Assembly: GCA_965223415.1 (NCBI GenBank) | Contig: OZ245002.1 | Location: forward strand, 5,312,001 to 5,376,000 | Reading direction: 5' to 3' | Length of the DNA stretch: 64,000 bases | From: Myxococcota bacterium | Lineage (GTDB): Bacteria; Myxococcota_A; UBA9160; UBA6930 | Shown here: piece by piece, positions 17,335-26,703 of the stretch | Layout: each line of letters starts with the position of its first letter | How positions within the stretch are numbered: position 1 is the first letter of the stretch | Notes under the pieces: model-generated | What the model was told of the DNA's origin: nothing | What the model saw: the letters and a program-made list of their open reading frames with translations, nothing else | The model's database searches: none | Translations under genes and position numbers: made by a program

Positions 17335-19710
17335 GTGCACGGGCTGAACGGCATCCGGGTGGTGGACCACGCGACGGCGATCGCGGGGCCCTACTGCAGC
17401 AAGCTCTTCGCCGACGCGGGCGCCGACGTGATCAAGCTCGAGGCGCCGGCCGGCGATCCGCTGCGCCGCTGGACCGCGTCGGGGACCGACCTGGGCGACG
17501 AGGACGCGGGGCTGTTCCGCTACCTGCACGCATCGAAGCGCGCCGTGCTCGGGGAGCTCGGCGCCCCCGCGTCCGCGGAGGTGGAGACGCTGGTCGCCGG
17601 CGCCGACCTGCTGATCGAAGACCTCCCGCCCGAGGCGTTCGACCGGGACGCCCTCCGCGCGCGCCACCCGCACCTCGTCCTGCTCTCGATCACGCCCTTT
17701 GGACTGACCGGCCCGATGGCGGGCCGGCCTGCCACCGACTTCACCGTCCAGGCCGAGAGCGGCTCGATCGGGGCGCGGGGCCGTCCGGGCGCCGAGCCCT
17801 ACCAGACCGGCGGGCGCGTCTCCGAGTGGGCCGGCGGCTGCTTCGCTGCCGTGGCGGCGCTGGCCGCCGTTCGGCACGCCCGCGCCACAGGCCGCGGCGA
17901 GCACATCGACTGCTCCCTCCACGCCACGACCGCCCTGGTGACGAACTGCTACGTCGACCTGATGTGGGGCATCCTCGGGCGCCCGCCGGTGATCGGCTCG
18001 CTCCCGAACATCGAGACGCCGTCGATCGAGCCGACCCGGGACGGGTTCGTCGGGTTCACGACCTACTCGGCCCAGCAGATGTCCGACTTCCTGCTGATGA
18101 TCGAGCGGACGGACCTGCGGGAGTCCGGCGACTTCGACGCCTTCGCCCAACGCCTCGGCCGCCTCGAGGAGTGGGAGGAGATCGTCCACGCCTGGACCCG
18201 CGTCCACGACACGGGCGAGATCCTCGAGCTGGCCCAGGCCCTGCGCATCCCCGTCGCGCCGATCTGCAACGGCCGGACGGTCCTGGAGCAGGAGCAGCTC
18301 CGTCGGCGGGACGTCTTCGTCGAGGACCCGTCCGGGGGCTTCCTGCGGCCGCGTCCGCCTTACCGGATCGACGGCCGCTCCGGCGGCCCGAGCGAGCCGG
18401 CGGCGGCGCCCGGCGCCCACCAGGGCCGCATCGAGCCTCCGGCGGAGCGAAGGCCCGGCGGCGGGGACGCCCGGCTTCCGCTCGAAGGCATGCGGATCCT
18501 CGACACCACCACCTGGTGGGCGGGACCGATCGCGACTCAGATGCTGGCGCTGCTCGGGGCCGACGTGATTCACGTCGAGTCCATCCAGCGAATGGACGGC
18601 GGGCGCGCCATCGGCGGCACCTTCGCGGCCCAGCACGACGACTGGTGGGAGTGCAGCTTCGTCTTCCAGTCCGCCAACGTGAACAAGCGCGGCCTCACCC
18701 TCGACCTCTCCCAGCCGCAGGGGATGGAGATCTTCGAGTCGCTCGTCGCCGGCGCGGACGCCCTGGTCGAGAACTTCAGCCCGCGGGTGATGGACGGCTT
18801 CGGGATCACTTGGGAGTGGGTGCAGGCGCGCAACCCGCGCTGCCACTACGTGCGCATGCCGGCCTTCGGGCTCGACGGACCCTGGCGGGAGTTCGTCGGC
18901 TTCGCCGCCACGATGGAGCAGATCGCCGGCCTCTCCTGGGTGACCGGCCACGTGGACGACCAGCCCCGGATCCAACGCGGCCCCTGCGACCCGATCGCGG
19001 GCATGCACGCGGCCTTCGCCCTGCTGGTGGCGATGGCCGAGCGGGACCGTGACGAGCGCGGACACTTCGTCGAGTGCGCCATGCTCGAGGCCGCCGTGAA
19101 CGTCACTGCCGAGCAGGTGATCGAGTACACCGCCTACGGACACCTGATGGAGCGCCAGGGCAACCGGAGCCCGGAGGCCGCGCCCCAGGGTCTCTTCCCC
19201 TGCATGGGCCACGACCCGGCGACCACCCCCCAGTGGCTGGCGCTCTCCGTCGCGACGGAAGCCCAGTGGGCCGCGCTCCTCGACTGGCTGGGCCACCCGG
19301 CCTGGGCCGCCGATGTGGGCAAGGACCTGCGCTCTCGCCACCTCCATCACGACGCCCTGGACGAGGGGCTGCGCGCCGTCTTCGCCGCCCGCGAGCGCGA
19401 TCCCTGCATCGCCCAGCTGCTCGAGGCCGGCGTCCCGGCGGCCCCGGTCGTGGATCCCCGCGCCCTGGCGAGCCACCCGCAGCTTCTGGCGCGCGGCTTC
19501 CACGAGACCGTGGAGCACCCGGTCGTCGGGAGCCAGGCGGTGATGGGTGCGCCCTTCCGCTTCGCCAGCGTCGAGCGCTGGCTCGAGCGGGCCGGTCCGG
19601 TTCTCGGCCAGCACAACGCGGAGATCCTGCGCGAGCTCGGCCACGGCGACGCGGCGATCCAGCAGCTCGCCGCGGCGGAGGTGATCGGCGACTGGCCCCT
19701 GGGCGTCTGA
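17335..19710 (+). CDS. Fused two-domain CoA-transferase family III
   Basis: Two CaiB repeats: LNGIRVVD...AGPYCSKLFADAGADVIKLE and PLEGMRILD...AGPIATQMLALLGADVIHVE...NKRGLTLDL...ENFSPRV; GTG start at 17335. Confidence 0.9.
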   Translation: MHGLNGIRVVDHATAIAGPYCSKLFADAGADVIKLEAPAGDPLRRWTASGTDLGDEDAGLFRYLHASKRAVLGELGAPASAEVETLVAGADLLIEDLPPEAFDRDALRARHPHLVLLSITPFGLTGPMAGRPATDFTVQAESGSIGARGRPGAEPYQTGGRVSEWAGGCFAAVAALAAVRHARATGRGEHIDCSLHATTALVTNCYVDLMWGILGRPPVIGSLPNIETPSIEPTRDGFVGFTTYSAQQMSDFLLMIERTDLRESGDFDAFAQRLGRLEEWEEIVHAWTRVHDTGEILELAQALRIPVAPICNGRTVLEQEQLRRRDVFVEDPSGGFLRPRPPYRIDGRSGGPSEPAAAPGAHQGRIEPPAERRPGGGDARLPLEGMRILDTTTWWAGPIATQMLALLGADVIHVESIQRMDGGRAIGGTFAAQHDDWWECSFVFQSANVNKRGLTLDLSQPQGMEIFESLVAGADALVENFSPRVMDGFGITWEWVQARNPRCHYVRMPAFGLDGPWREFVGFAATMEQIAGLSWVTGHVDDQPRIQRGPCDPIAGMHAAFALLVAMAERDRDERGHFVECAMLEAAVNVTAEQVIEYTAYGHLMERQGNRSPEAAPQGLFPCMGHDPATTPQWLALSVATEAQWAALLDWLGHPAWAADVGKDLRSRHLHHDALDEGLRAVFAARERDPCIAQLLEAGVPAAPVVDPRALASHPQLLARGFHETVEHPVVGSQAVMGAPFRFASVERWLERAGPVLGQHNAEILRELGHGDAAIQQLAAAEVIGDWPLGV

Positions 19711-19749
19711 GCGGACGCCGGAACGATCTCACCCGAGCACGGAGACGAC

Positions 19750-20931
19750 ATGTACATCGGCTACAGCGACGAGCAGGAAGCGCTGCGCAAGGAGCTGCGC
19801 GCCTACTACGACAAGCTCCTCACACCGGAGGTCCGGGAGGAGCTGGCGGTCGAGCACGGCATCGGGCCGCGCACCAGCGCGATCCGCCGCCAGATGGCCC
19901 AGGACGGCTGGCTCTGCTTCGGCTGGCCCGAGGAGTACGGCGGCCAGGGCCGCGGCGAGATCGATCATTTCATCTTCTTCGACGAGTCGATGCGCTGCGG
20001 CGCGCCGATTCCGATGCTCTCGATCAACACGGTGGGCCCGACCCTGATGGCCTACGGCAGCGAGGCCCAGAAGCAGTTCTACCTGCCGAAGATCGCCGGC
20101 GGCGAGATCGAGTTCTGCATCGGCTACTCGGAGCCGGGCGCGGGCACCGACCTGGCCTCCCTCCAGTGCCGCGCCGAGCTCGACGGCGACAGCTACGTGA
20201 TCAACGGCCAGAAGACCTGGACCAGCCTGGCCGGCGGCGCCGACTACTGCTGGCTCGCGGTGCGCACCGACCCGGACGCCGCGAAGCACGCCGGCATCTC
20301 GATGATCATCGTCGACCTGAAGAACACCGAGGGCATCGAGATCCAACCCCTCGACCTGCTCTCGGAGCACAACATCAACCAGGTCTTCTTCGAGAACGCC
20401 CGGGTGCCCGCCGAGAACATCGTGGGCGGAGTCAACAAGGGCTGGAAGCTGATCACGAACCAGCTGAACCACGAGCGCGTCACGATCTGCTCGACGGGCA
20501 TGATCGAGCGCTGCTACGACGACGTGGTCGCCTACGCGCGCGAGACCGAGCTGCCCGGCGGCGGACGGCTCATCGACGAGGATTGGGTGCAGCTCAACCT
20601 GGCGAAGGTCTACAAGGGCCTCTCCTTCCTGCGTCTCATCAACTGGAAGGTCGCTTGGTCTGCCAGCGAGGGAGCGCTCTCCGCTGCCGACGCCTCGGCG
20701 ACGAAGGTGTTCGGCACCGAGTTCTACCTGGACGCTCTGCGCCTGTTGATGGAGGTGCTCGGCCAGCCGGGCTACCTGACCCGCGGCTCCGCCCACGCGG
20801 TCGCCCAGGGCAGCTGCGAGACCATGTACCGCGGCCTCGTGATCCTCACCTTCGGCGGCGGCACCAACGAGATCCAACGGGACCTGATCGGGCTGTTCGG
20901 CATGGGCCTGCCCCGGGTCCCCCGGCACTGA
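19750..20931 (+). CDS. Acyl-CoA dehydrogenase, FadE26/ChsE4-like subunit
   Basis: YSDEQEALRKELRAY, GWPEEYGGQG, IGYSEPGAGTDLASL, QLNHERV and TFGGGTNEIQRD. Confidence 0.9.
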   Translation: MYIGYSDEQEALRKELRAYYDKLLTPEVREELAVEHGIGPRTSAIRRQMAQDGWLCFGWPEEYGGQGRGEIDHFIFFDESMRCGAPIPMLSINTVGPTLMAYGSEAQKQFYLPKIAGGEIEFCIGYSEPGAGTDLASLQCRAELDGDSYVINGQKTWTSLAGGADYCWLAVRTDPDAAKHAGISMIIVDLKNTEGIEIQPLDLLSEHNINQVFFENARVPAENIVGGVNKGWKLITNQLNHERVTICSTGMIERCYDDVVAYARETELPGGGRLIDEDWVQLNLAKVYKGLSFLRLINWKVAWSASEGALSAADASATKVFGTEFYLDALRLLMEVLGQPGYLTRGSAHAVAQGSCETMYRGLVILTFGGGTNEIQRDLIGLFGMGLPRVPRH

Positions 20932-20949
20932 CGGAAACGAGGAGAAGAC

Positions 20950-22071
20950 ATGGACTTCCGAACCACCGACGAGCAGGCAGCGGTCATCGAGCTCGCCCGC
21001 CAGATCCTCGAGGACCACTGCACCCAGGAGGCGCTTCGCGCGGTCGAAGGCGGGGAGGGCCCGCGCTTCGACCGGGCCCTCTGGGACAAGCTCGTGGAGG
21101 CGGGCCTGGTGGGCGCGATGGTCGCCGAGGAGCACGGCGGCGCGGGCCTGGGCTTCCTCGAGCTGGCCGGCATCCTGGAGCAGGTCGGGCGCACGGCGGC
21201 CCCGGTGCCGCTGCTCGAAGCCAGCGTGCTGGGCGCCCTGCCCCTGGCCCACTTCGGCAGCGAGGCCCAGCAGAAGGCGTGGCTTCCGCGCATCGCCCGG
21301 GGCGAAGCGGTCGTGACCAGCGCCCTCGTCGAGCGTTTCCGCGAGGTGGACGAGCCCGGCACCACCGCCCGTCCGGACGGCGAGGGCTTCGTGCTGGACG
21401 GGGAGAAGCTCTGCGTGCCGGCCGGCCAGCTGGCGGACGCGATCCTGGTCCCGGCCCGCCTCGGCGGCGACGTCGCGGTCTTCCTCGTCGAGACCTCGGC
21501 CGACGGCGTGACGCGAGAGGAGCTGAAGACGACCTCGGGCCAGCCCGAGTGCGCGCTGCTGCTGGAGGGCGCGCGGGTGCATCGGGACGCCCTCGTCGGT
21601 GGCGAGGCCCAGGGACGGGAGATCGCCCGCTGGATCAAGCTGCGGGCGACAGCGGCGCTGGCCAACGTGGCCGCCGGCGTCTGCCAGGAGGCGCTGCGGC
21701 TGACCGCCGAGTACACCAAGACGCGCAAGCAGTTCGACCAGCCCATCGCCACCTTCCAGGCGGTGGGGCAGCGGGCCGCCGACGCGTTCATCGACACGGA
21801 GGCGGTCCGCCTGACGGCGCTGCAGGCCGCGTGGCGGATCCACGAAGGCCGCAGCGCCGACGCCGAGACGGCAGTGGCCAAGGCCTGGGCCGCCGACGGT
21901 GGCGCGCGGGTGGTGCGGGCGGCCCTGCACCTCCACGGGGGTGTGGGCGTGGACCGGGAGTACCCGCTCCACCGCTACTACCTCTACGCCCGCCACATCG
22001 AGCTGACCCTCGGTGGAGAGAGCGACCAGCTGAGGCGGCTCGGCCGGCTCATCGCGGCGGACGCCGCCTAA
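20950..22071 (+). CDS. Acyl-CoA dehydrogenase, FadE27/ChsE5-like partner subunit
   Basis: MDFRTTDEQ...RFDRALWDKL, RKQFDQPIATFQAV and HLHGGVGVDREYPLHRY; tandem with the upstream ACAD as in heterotetrameric steroid ACADs. Confidence 0.88.
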   Translation: MDFRTTDEQAAVIELARQILEDHCTQEALRAVEGGEGPRFDRALWDKLVEAGLVGAMVAEEHGGAGLGFLELAGILEQVGRTAAPVPLLEASVLGALPLAHFGSEAQQKAWLPRIARGEAVVTSALVERFREVDEPGTTARPDGEGFVLDGEKLCVPAGQLADAILVPARLGGDVAVFLVETSADGVTREELKTTSGQPECALLLEGARVHRDALVGGEAQGREIARWIKLRATAALANVAAGVCQEALRLTAEYTKTRKQFDQPIATFQAVGQRAADAFIDTEAVRLTALQAAWRIHEGRSADAETAVAKAWAADGGARVVRAALHLHGGVGVDREYPLHRYYLYARHIELTLGGESDQLRRLGRLIAADAA

Positions 22072-24299
22072 CGACCGGCCCCGTCCATCCTTGCGACCCT
22101 CCGGACTGCCTCGACGTGCACGGGAATCGAGCTCATGCGCGGGATGCCGGTGTACGGCTCCTCGTAGTCGAACTCGCCACTCGCGAGCGCCCCGGTGTGG
22201 TTGCCCATCGACCAGGGTTGCGGAACGCCCGGGTCGGCGCCGGCGTCGAGCGTACCCGGATCGAGCCCGTAGCCGTGGCTCATGGAGACGACGCCCCGCC
22301 GCAGGTCCGCCGCCTCCGCGACCACCGCGTGGACCGTGGCGCGACGGGACGTGATGGCCACCAGCATGCCGGCCTCGAGCCCGAGCGGCGCCATGTCCTC
22401 CGGGTGCATGTAGGCGGGGTGGTGCGGCCGCTGACGGACGATGTAGGGTTGATCGCGGCTGAGTGAGTTCAACGTGTTCCGCAGGCGGCGGCTCACGAGC
22501 CGGAACGGAAAGGCCTCGTCGCCGTCGAGGGCGCCCTGCTCCGCCGCGTCGTCGAGCTGCCCCATCATCACCTCGTTGCCGAGCTCGAGGAACGCGTCGC
22601 ACGCGGGATCCCGGGGCAGCACCACCGCGTCCGGATCCTCGTAGACCCGACCGGCGTGGTGCTTGCGCACCTCCGAGAGGGGGATCCGGGAGCCCTCGGT
22701 GAGGAGGTCGAAGAGCTCGTCCGCCGTCGGCGCGTTCTCCATGTCGAGGGGCACGAAGCGACCCGGCGGGTCTCCGGGCGCGCGCAGGATGCCGAGGTAG
22801 AGCTGCAGCGGGAGCTCCATCGCCCGGCCGAGCTGGTAGAAGAGCTCCCAGTCTTCGAGCAGGTCCGAGCCCGCCGGCGGGTCGACCAGGGCCTCCCGGT
22901 AGGCCGCGTAGGGCAGCGGGTATCCCCATCCGTGGGAATGGGTCTCGAGCTCCTCGAAGTCGTAGGTCATCACCGGGATCTCCGGCGGAAGCTTGGGCGG
23001 GACGACGTAGTGGGCGTAGCGCGCGGTCTGGGTGAGCTTCGGGTCCATCACCACCAGCAGGTCGAGCTTCCCCAGGGCCTGGCGGGTCTTGATCTGGTCC
23101 GGCCAGGCTGCGAAGGGGTTGCCGCCCAGGCAGAAGAGCGCGCGAATCTGTCCCTCCCCCTCCAGCAGGATCTCGTCGGCCAGGGCGGAGGTCGGAAGGC
23201 CGCAGGCCGTGTTCGTGAGGCCGCGAACCCGGAGCTTCGGCGGGAAGCCCCAGGCCGGCGTCGGCGCGAGGGGCTGGGCCCGGCGCGGGCCACGGGGCAC
23301 GAGCACGCTCGGGTTGGCGACCGGGTCTCCGGCCCGGGCGTGGAAGCCGCACAGCGTCACCAGGCAGGCGAGCAGGTACTCGGCCAGCGTGCCGCGCGGA
23401 GACATGTTCGAGCCGGTTCCCGCGCTGGCACCGCCCGTCGCGCAGGAGGCGAAGAGCCGCGTCGCCTCCTCGAGCTCGCGAGCCGCGATTCCCGCCCTGC
23501 GCTCGACGAGCTCCGGCGTGAAGGGCGCGACGTGATCCCGCAGCACCTCGAGGTGGCGGGCGTTGCCCGCCACGAACTTCTCGTCGTAGAGCCCCTCCTC
23601 GAGGACGATGCGGATCATCCCGGCCAGGATCGCCGCGTCCTCGCCGGGAACCGGCTGCAGGTGGATCCGGGCCTTCCTCGCCGTCTCGCTGCGGCGGGGG
23701 TCGATCACGATCAGCTGGATACCGCGTTTCAGGGCACGGTGGAGGTGCCAGTTGGGGTTCACGGTCGGAACGCCGCCGAGCCCCGAGACCGCGGGGTTGG
23801 TGCCGATGAAGAGCCAGGTCTCCGCCGTGCCGAAGGGGATCCCGCCGCCCTGCCAGCGGCCGTGGAGGGCCCGCGCGAGCATCTTCCCGGGCTGGTCGAT
23901 CGAGCCGCAGCTGAAGGTCATGGGCGAGCCGAGGGCGTTCATGAACGCGCCGGAGAGCATGCTCGCCGGCGGCGCCAGGGCGTAGGTCCCGTTGTAAAGC
24001 GCGACCGATGCCGGACCGTGCTCGTCCACGATCGCGCCCAGGCGAGCCGCGATCTCGGAGATCGCAGCCGCGCTGGAGACCGGCTCGTGCTCCCCGTCGC
24101 TCGTCCTCCGCAGTGGGCGGAGGAGCCGACCCGGACCGTAGAGCTGGGTCGCGATGTCCCGACCCCGCGCACAGGTGTAGCCGTGGGACGCCGGGTCGTC
24201 CTTGTCCCCGAAGAGACGGGTGACGCGGCCGTCCTCGATGTCCATGAAGACGCCGCAGGAGACCATGCAGCTCCGACAGGTGGCGCGCACGCGGGTCAC
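22068..24299 (-). CDS. Molybdopterin-dependent oxidoreductase (DMSO reductase superfamily) with N-terminal 4Fe-4S motif
   Basis: From GTG 24299: CRSCMVSCG...YTCARG, GTNPAVS, IVIDPRRSETA, GGNP and C-terminal YMHPEDM...VVSMSHGYG; no Tat signal. Confidence 0.9.
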   Translation of the reverse strand: MTRVRATCRSCMVSCGVFMDIEDGRVTRLFGDKDDPASHGYTCARGRDIATQLYGPGRLLRPLRRTSDGEHEPVSSAAAISEIAARLGAIVDEHGPASVALYNGTYALAPPASMLSGAFMNALGSPMTFSCGSIDQPGKMLARALHGRWQGGGIPFGTAETWLFIGTNPAVSGLGGVPTVNPNWHLHRALKRGIQLIVIDPRRSETARKARIHLQPVPGEDAAILAGMIRIVLEEGLYDEKFVAGNARHLEVLRDHVAPFTPELVERRAGIAARELEEATRLFASCATGGASAGTGSNMSPRGTLAEYLLACLVTLCGFHARAGDPVANPSVLVPRGPRRAQPLAPTPAWGFPPKLRVRGLTNTACGLPTSALADEILLEGEGQIRALFCLGGNPFAAWPDQIKTRQALGKLDLLVVMDPKLTQTARYAHYVVPPKLPPEIPVMTYDFEELETHSHGWGYPLPYAAYREALVDPPAGSDLLEDWELFYQLGRAMELPLQLYLGILRAPGDPPGRFVPLDMENAPTADELFDLLTEGSRIPLSEVRKHHAGRVYEDPDAVVLPRDPACDAFLELGNEVMMGQLDDAAEQGALDGDEAFPFRLVSRRLRNTLNSLSRDQPYIVRQRPHHPAYMHPEDMAPLGLEAGMLVAITSRRATVHAVVAEAADLRRGVVSMSHGYGLDPGTLDAGADPGVPQPWSMGNHTGALASGEFDYEEPYTGIPRMSSIPVHVEAVRRVARMDGAGR

Positions 24300-25372
24300 G
24301 GGCGGGCAACCTCGTGGGTGCCCATGCAGCCGGTGATCATGGGCAGGTCGAGGTAGGTCTTGATGCCGGGCTCGGCGGCCTCGCACACCAGCGGAACGGC
24401 GTTGACGATGTGGAAGGCGGTCGTGCTCAGGCCCTGGGCGACCCGCTCGTCCTGGCTCGAGGTCGGCGGGAAGTCCACGTCGACGTTGAGGTTCACGTCG
24501 CCCTCCAGGCTGATCCGCCAGCCGGATTCGCGCGGGATGTCCATCTTCGACTCGAGCTTGGCCTGGTCGGTCCCGCCCACGAACCAGATCTGCTCCTGGA
24601 CGATTTCGGTGCCTTCCCGGGTGATCCCGATGTGCTGGTAGTGGTTCAGCGCGATCGTTCCCTTCTCGATCACGCCGACAGCCGTGTCGATCGGCTCCCT
24701 GGCGAGGATGAACGCGTGCTTCGCGTCGTAGTCCACCACCTCGCTGCCCAGACCGGCGGCGATCATGTCGATCGGCTCGTTCCAGCTCTTCCGGAGCATC
24801 CCCTTCAGGGGGTTGCCCCGAGCGGCGTCGGGCGTCTTGCCGAGGTTCATCAGCTCGCGCATCACCCCCGCGGAGCTGTAGGTCGTGCAGTCGCCGCACT
24901 CGGTCATCTTGATGCGGTCGATCCGGTTACACCAGCCGCTGAAGGTGAGGGGGAAGCGCTCGGCGATGCCCCCCGGGTTGCAGCCCGAGGCGTGGAAGTT
25001 CCTGCCCCCGCGCCTACAGGCGGCGCCGATCTCCCCGGCCACGTCCGGGTTCTGGACGAAGGGGAACCAGTAGGGACAGGGCGTCACCACGTGGCGGCCC
25101 GATTCGAGGAGCCGGCAGATCTCGGCCGTGTCCCAGGGCAGCGGGCAGTAGAGCACGCAATCTGCTTGGGTCGCCATGATCGCATCGACATCCCGGGTCG
25201 CGACGACGCCCGTCTCGCCCTGCCCGATGAGCTCGCCAGCGTCGCGTCCATCCTTGTCTTCGCTGTAGACCTTCACGCCCGCGAGCTCGAGCCGCGGATG
25301 CCGCAGGATGCCCTTCAGCGCGGAGCTGCCCACCACGCCCGTCGCCCACTGGATCACCTTGTACGTCTTCAT
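24296..25372 (-). CDS. NAD(P)-dependent DapB-like / amine dehydrogenase (2,4-diaminopentanoate dehydrogenase-like) family protein
   Basis: From ATG 25372: VIQWATGVVG, KDGRDAGEL, SGCNPG and TAFHIVNAVPLVCEAAEPGIKTYLDLP; stop overlaps the Mo-enzyme start. Confidence 0.8.
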   Translation of the reverse strand: MKTYKVIQWATGVVGSSALKGILRHPRLELAGVKVYSEDKDGRDAGELIGQGETGVVATRDVDAIMATQADCVLYCPLPWDTAEICRLLESGRHVVTPCPYWFPFVQNPDVAGEIGAACRRGGRNFHASGCNPGGIAERFPLTFSGWCNRIDRIKMTECGDCTTYSSAGVMRELMNLGKTPDAARGNPLKGMLRKSWNEPIDMIAAGLGSEVVDYDAKHAFILAREPIDTAVGVIEKGTIALNHYQHIGITREGTEIVQEQIWFVGGTDQAKLESKMDIPRESGWRISLEGDVNLNVDVDFPPTSSQDERVAQGLSTTAFHIVNAVPLVCEAAEPGIKTYLDLPMITGCMGTHEVARP

Positions 25373-25455
25373 CCGCTCCTCCGGGTACGGGCAGCGACGA
25401 TACCTCGGCCGGCGAACGCGTCGAATCGAATCAGCGTGTCCGCTAGGTTGCCGGG

Positions 25456-26640
25456 ATGAGCGACGACCCGTCGGGAAGGCTCGCCCGCCTCCGCTACCCG
25501 GGCGGCATCGATGCCGACGGCCACGTCCTCGAGCCGCCGGATCTCTGGGAGCGCTACCTGGAGCCGAAGTACCGAGACCGCGCACTGCGCATCCGCAAGG
25601 ACCCGACCGACGGCCTCGAGTTCCTGGAGATCGACGGCCGCCCCTCGAAGCTGATCCGTCGGGGCATGCCGGCGGGCCTCGGCTTGATGGATCGGGTCGG
25701 GGGCATCGTCTACGAGCGCGAGCCCAGCGGCACGGCCTACGTGGACATGGCGCCTCTCGGTGCCATGGATGCGGCCGAGCGGGTCGAGCGGCTCGACCTC
25801 GAGAACCTGGAGCGCGTGCTGCTGTACCCGACCCTGTGCGCCATGTGGATCGCCGAGTGCGAGGACGAGGAGCTGACCCAGGCCTACCTGCGCGCCTATA
25901 ACCGCTTCATCCTCGACTTCTGCGCCGACAGCGGAGGGCGCCTCGTCCCGATCGCCTCCCTCTCCCTCGGCGATCCAGCGGCGGCGGAGCGGGAGGTCGT
26001 CGCGATGGCGGAGGCCGGCGCAGCCGGCGTGTGGGTGCCGACCTTCAGCCACACCCGGCTTCCCACCGCCCATCCCGACCACCACCGGGTCTTCGAGGCG
26101 GCGGCGGAGGCGGGCCTTCCCGTCGGCATCCATCCCTGCCTCGAGCCGAAGTGGACGGCACCGGGGCGCTTCGGGGCGATGACGAGCAACCGCTACGCGT
26201 TCTTCCTGAACGTGACCGCGGGCGACTCGGTCCGCCACGCCTTCACGAGCTTCTTCGAGTTCGGGGTGCTGGAGAAGCTCCCCGCCCTGAAGCTCGTGGT
26301 GCTCGAGTGCGGGGCGAGCTGGATCGGCTACTGGCTCGATCGCATGGACACCACCTGGGCCTCGCCCCAGGGTGTCGCCGTGCGCCAGGTGCTCCCGGAG
26401 CAGCCCAGTGCCTACTTCGCGCGCCAGTGCTGGATCTCCGCGGACCCGGACGAGCGCTCGCTGCCCGGCGTGATGGAGGTGGTGGGCGAGGATCGTTTCT
26501 TCTGGGCCTCGGATTTCCCGCACCCGGACCATCCGCCCGAGTACATCCCGAACCTCGAGCAGCGCGTGGCGCAGATGGACTCCACCACACGCGGGAAGCT
26601 CCTGGGCGACAACGTGCGCCGGGCCTACGGCCTGGGCTGA
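25456..26640 (+). CDS. Amidohydrolase family protein (Amidohydro_2)
   Basis: IDADGHVLEPPDLW, AYNRF, GLPVGIH, LECGASW and WASDFPHPD. Confidence 0.9.
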   Translation: MSDDPSGRLARLRYPGGIDADGHVLEPPDLWERYLEPKYRDRALRIRKDPTDGLEFLEIDGRPSKLIRRGMPAGLGLMDRVGGIVYEREPSGTAYVDMAPLGAMDAAERVERLDLENLERVLLYPTLCAMWIAECEDEELTQAYLRAYNRFILDFCADSGGRLVPIASLSLGDPAAAEREVVAMAEAGAAGVWVPTFSHTRLPTAHPDHHRVFEAAAEAGLPVGIHPCLEPKWTAPGRFGAMTSNRYAFFLNVTAGDSVRHAFTSFFEFGVLEKLPALKLVVLECGASWIGYWLDRMDTTWASPQGVAVRQVLPEQPSAYFARQCWISADPDERSLPGVMEVVGEDRFFWASDFPHPDHPPEYIPNLEQRVAQMDSTTRGKLLGDNVRRAYGLG

Positions 26641-26703
26641 GCGCGGAGGAGGAGGGATGCCGGTCGGAAGCGTCGGGGACGAACGCGAAAGGAGCCGCTC
26701 AGC

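Noticed and set aside
19729..24309. Very long alternative-frame or antisense ORFs (e.g. 19729..24309, 3406..6864, 29159..32818, 58005..61235)
   Set aside because: Arg/Pro/Gly-rich shadow ORFs expected in high-GC DNA; they overlap well-supported genes and show no motifs.
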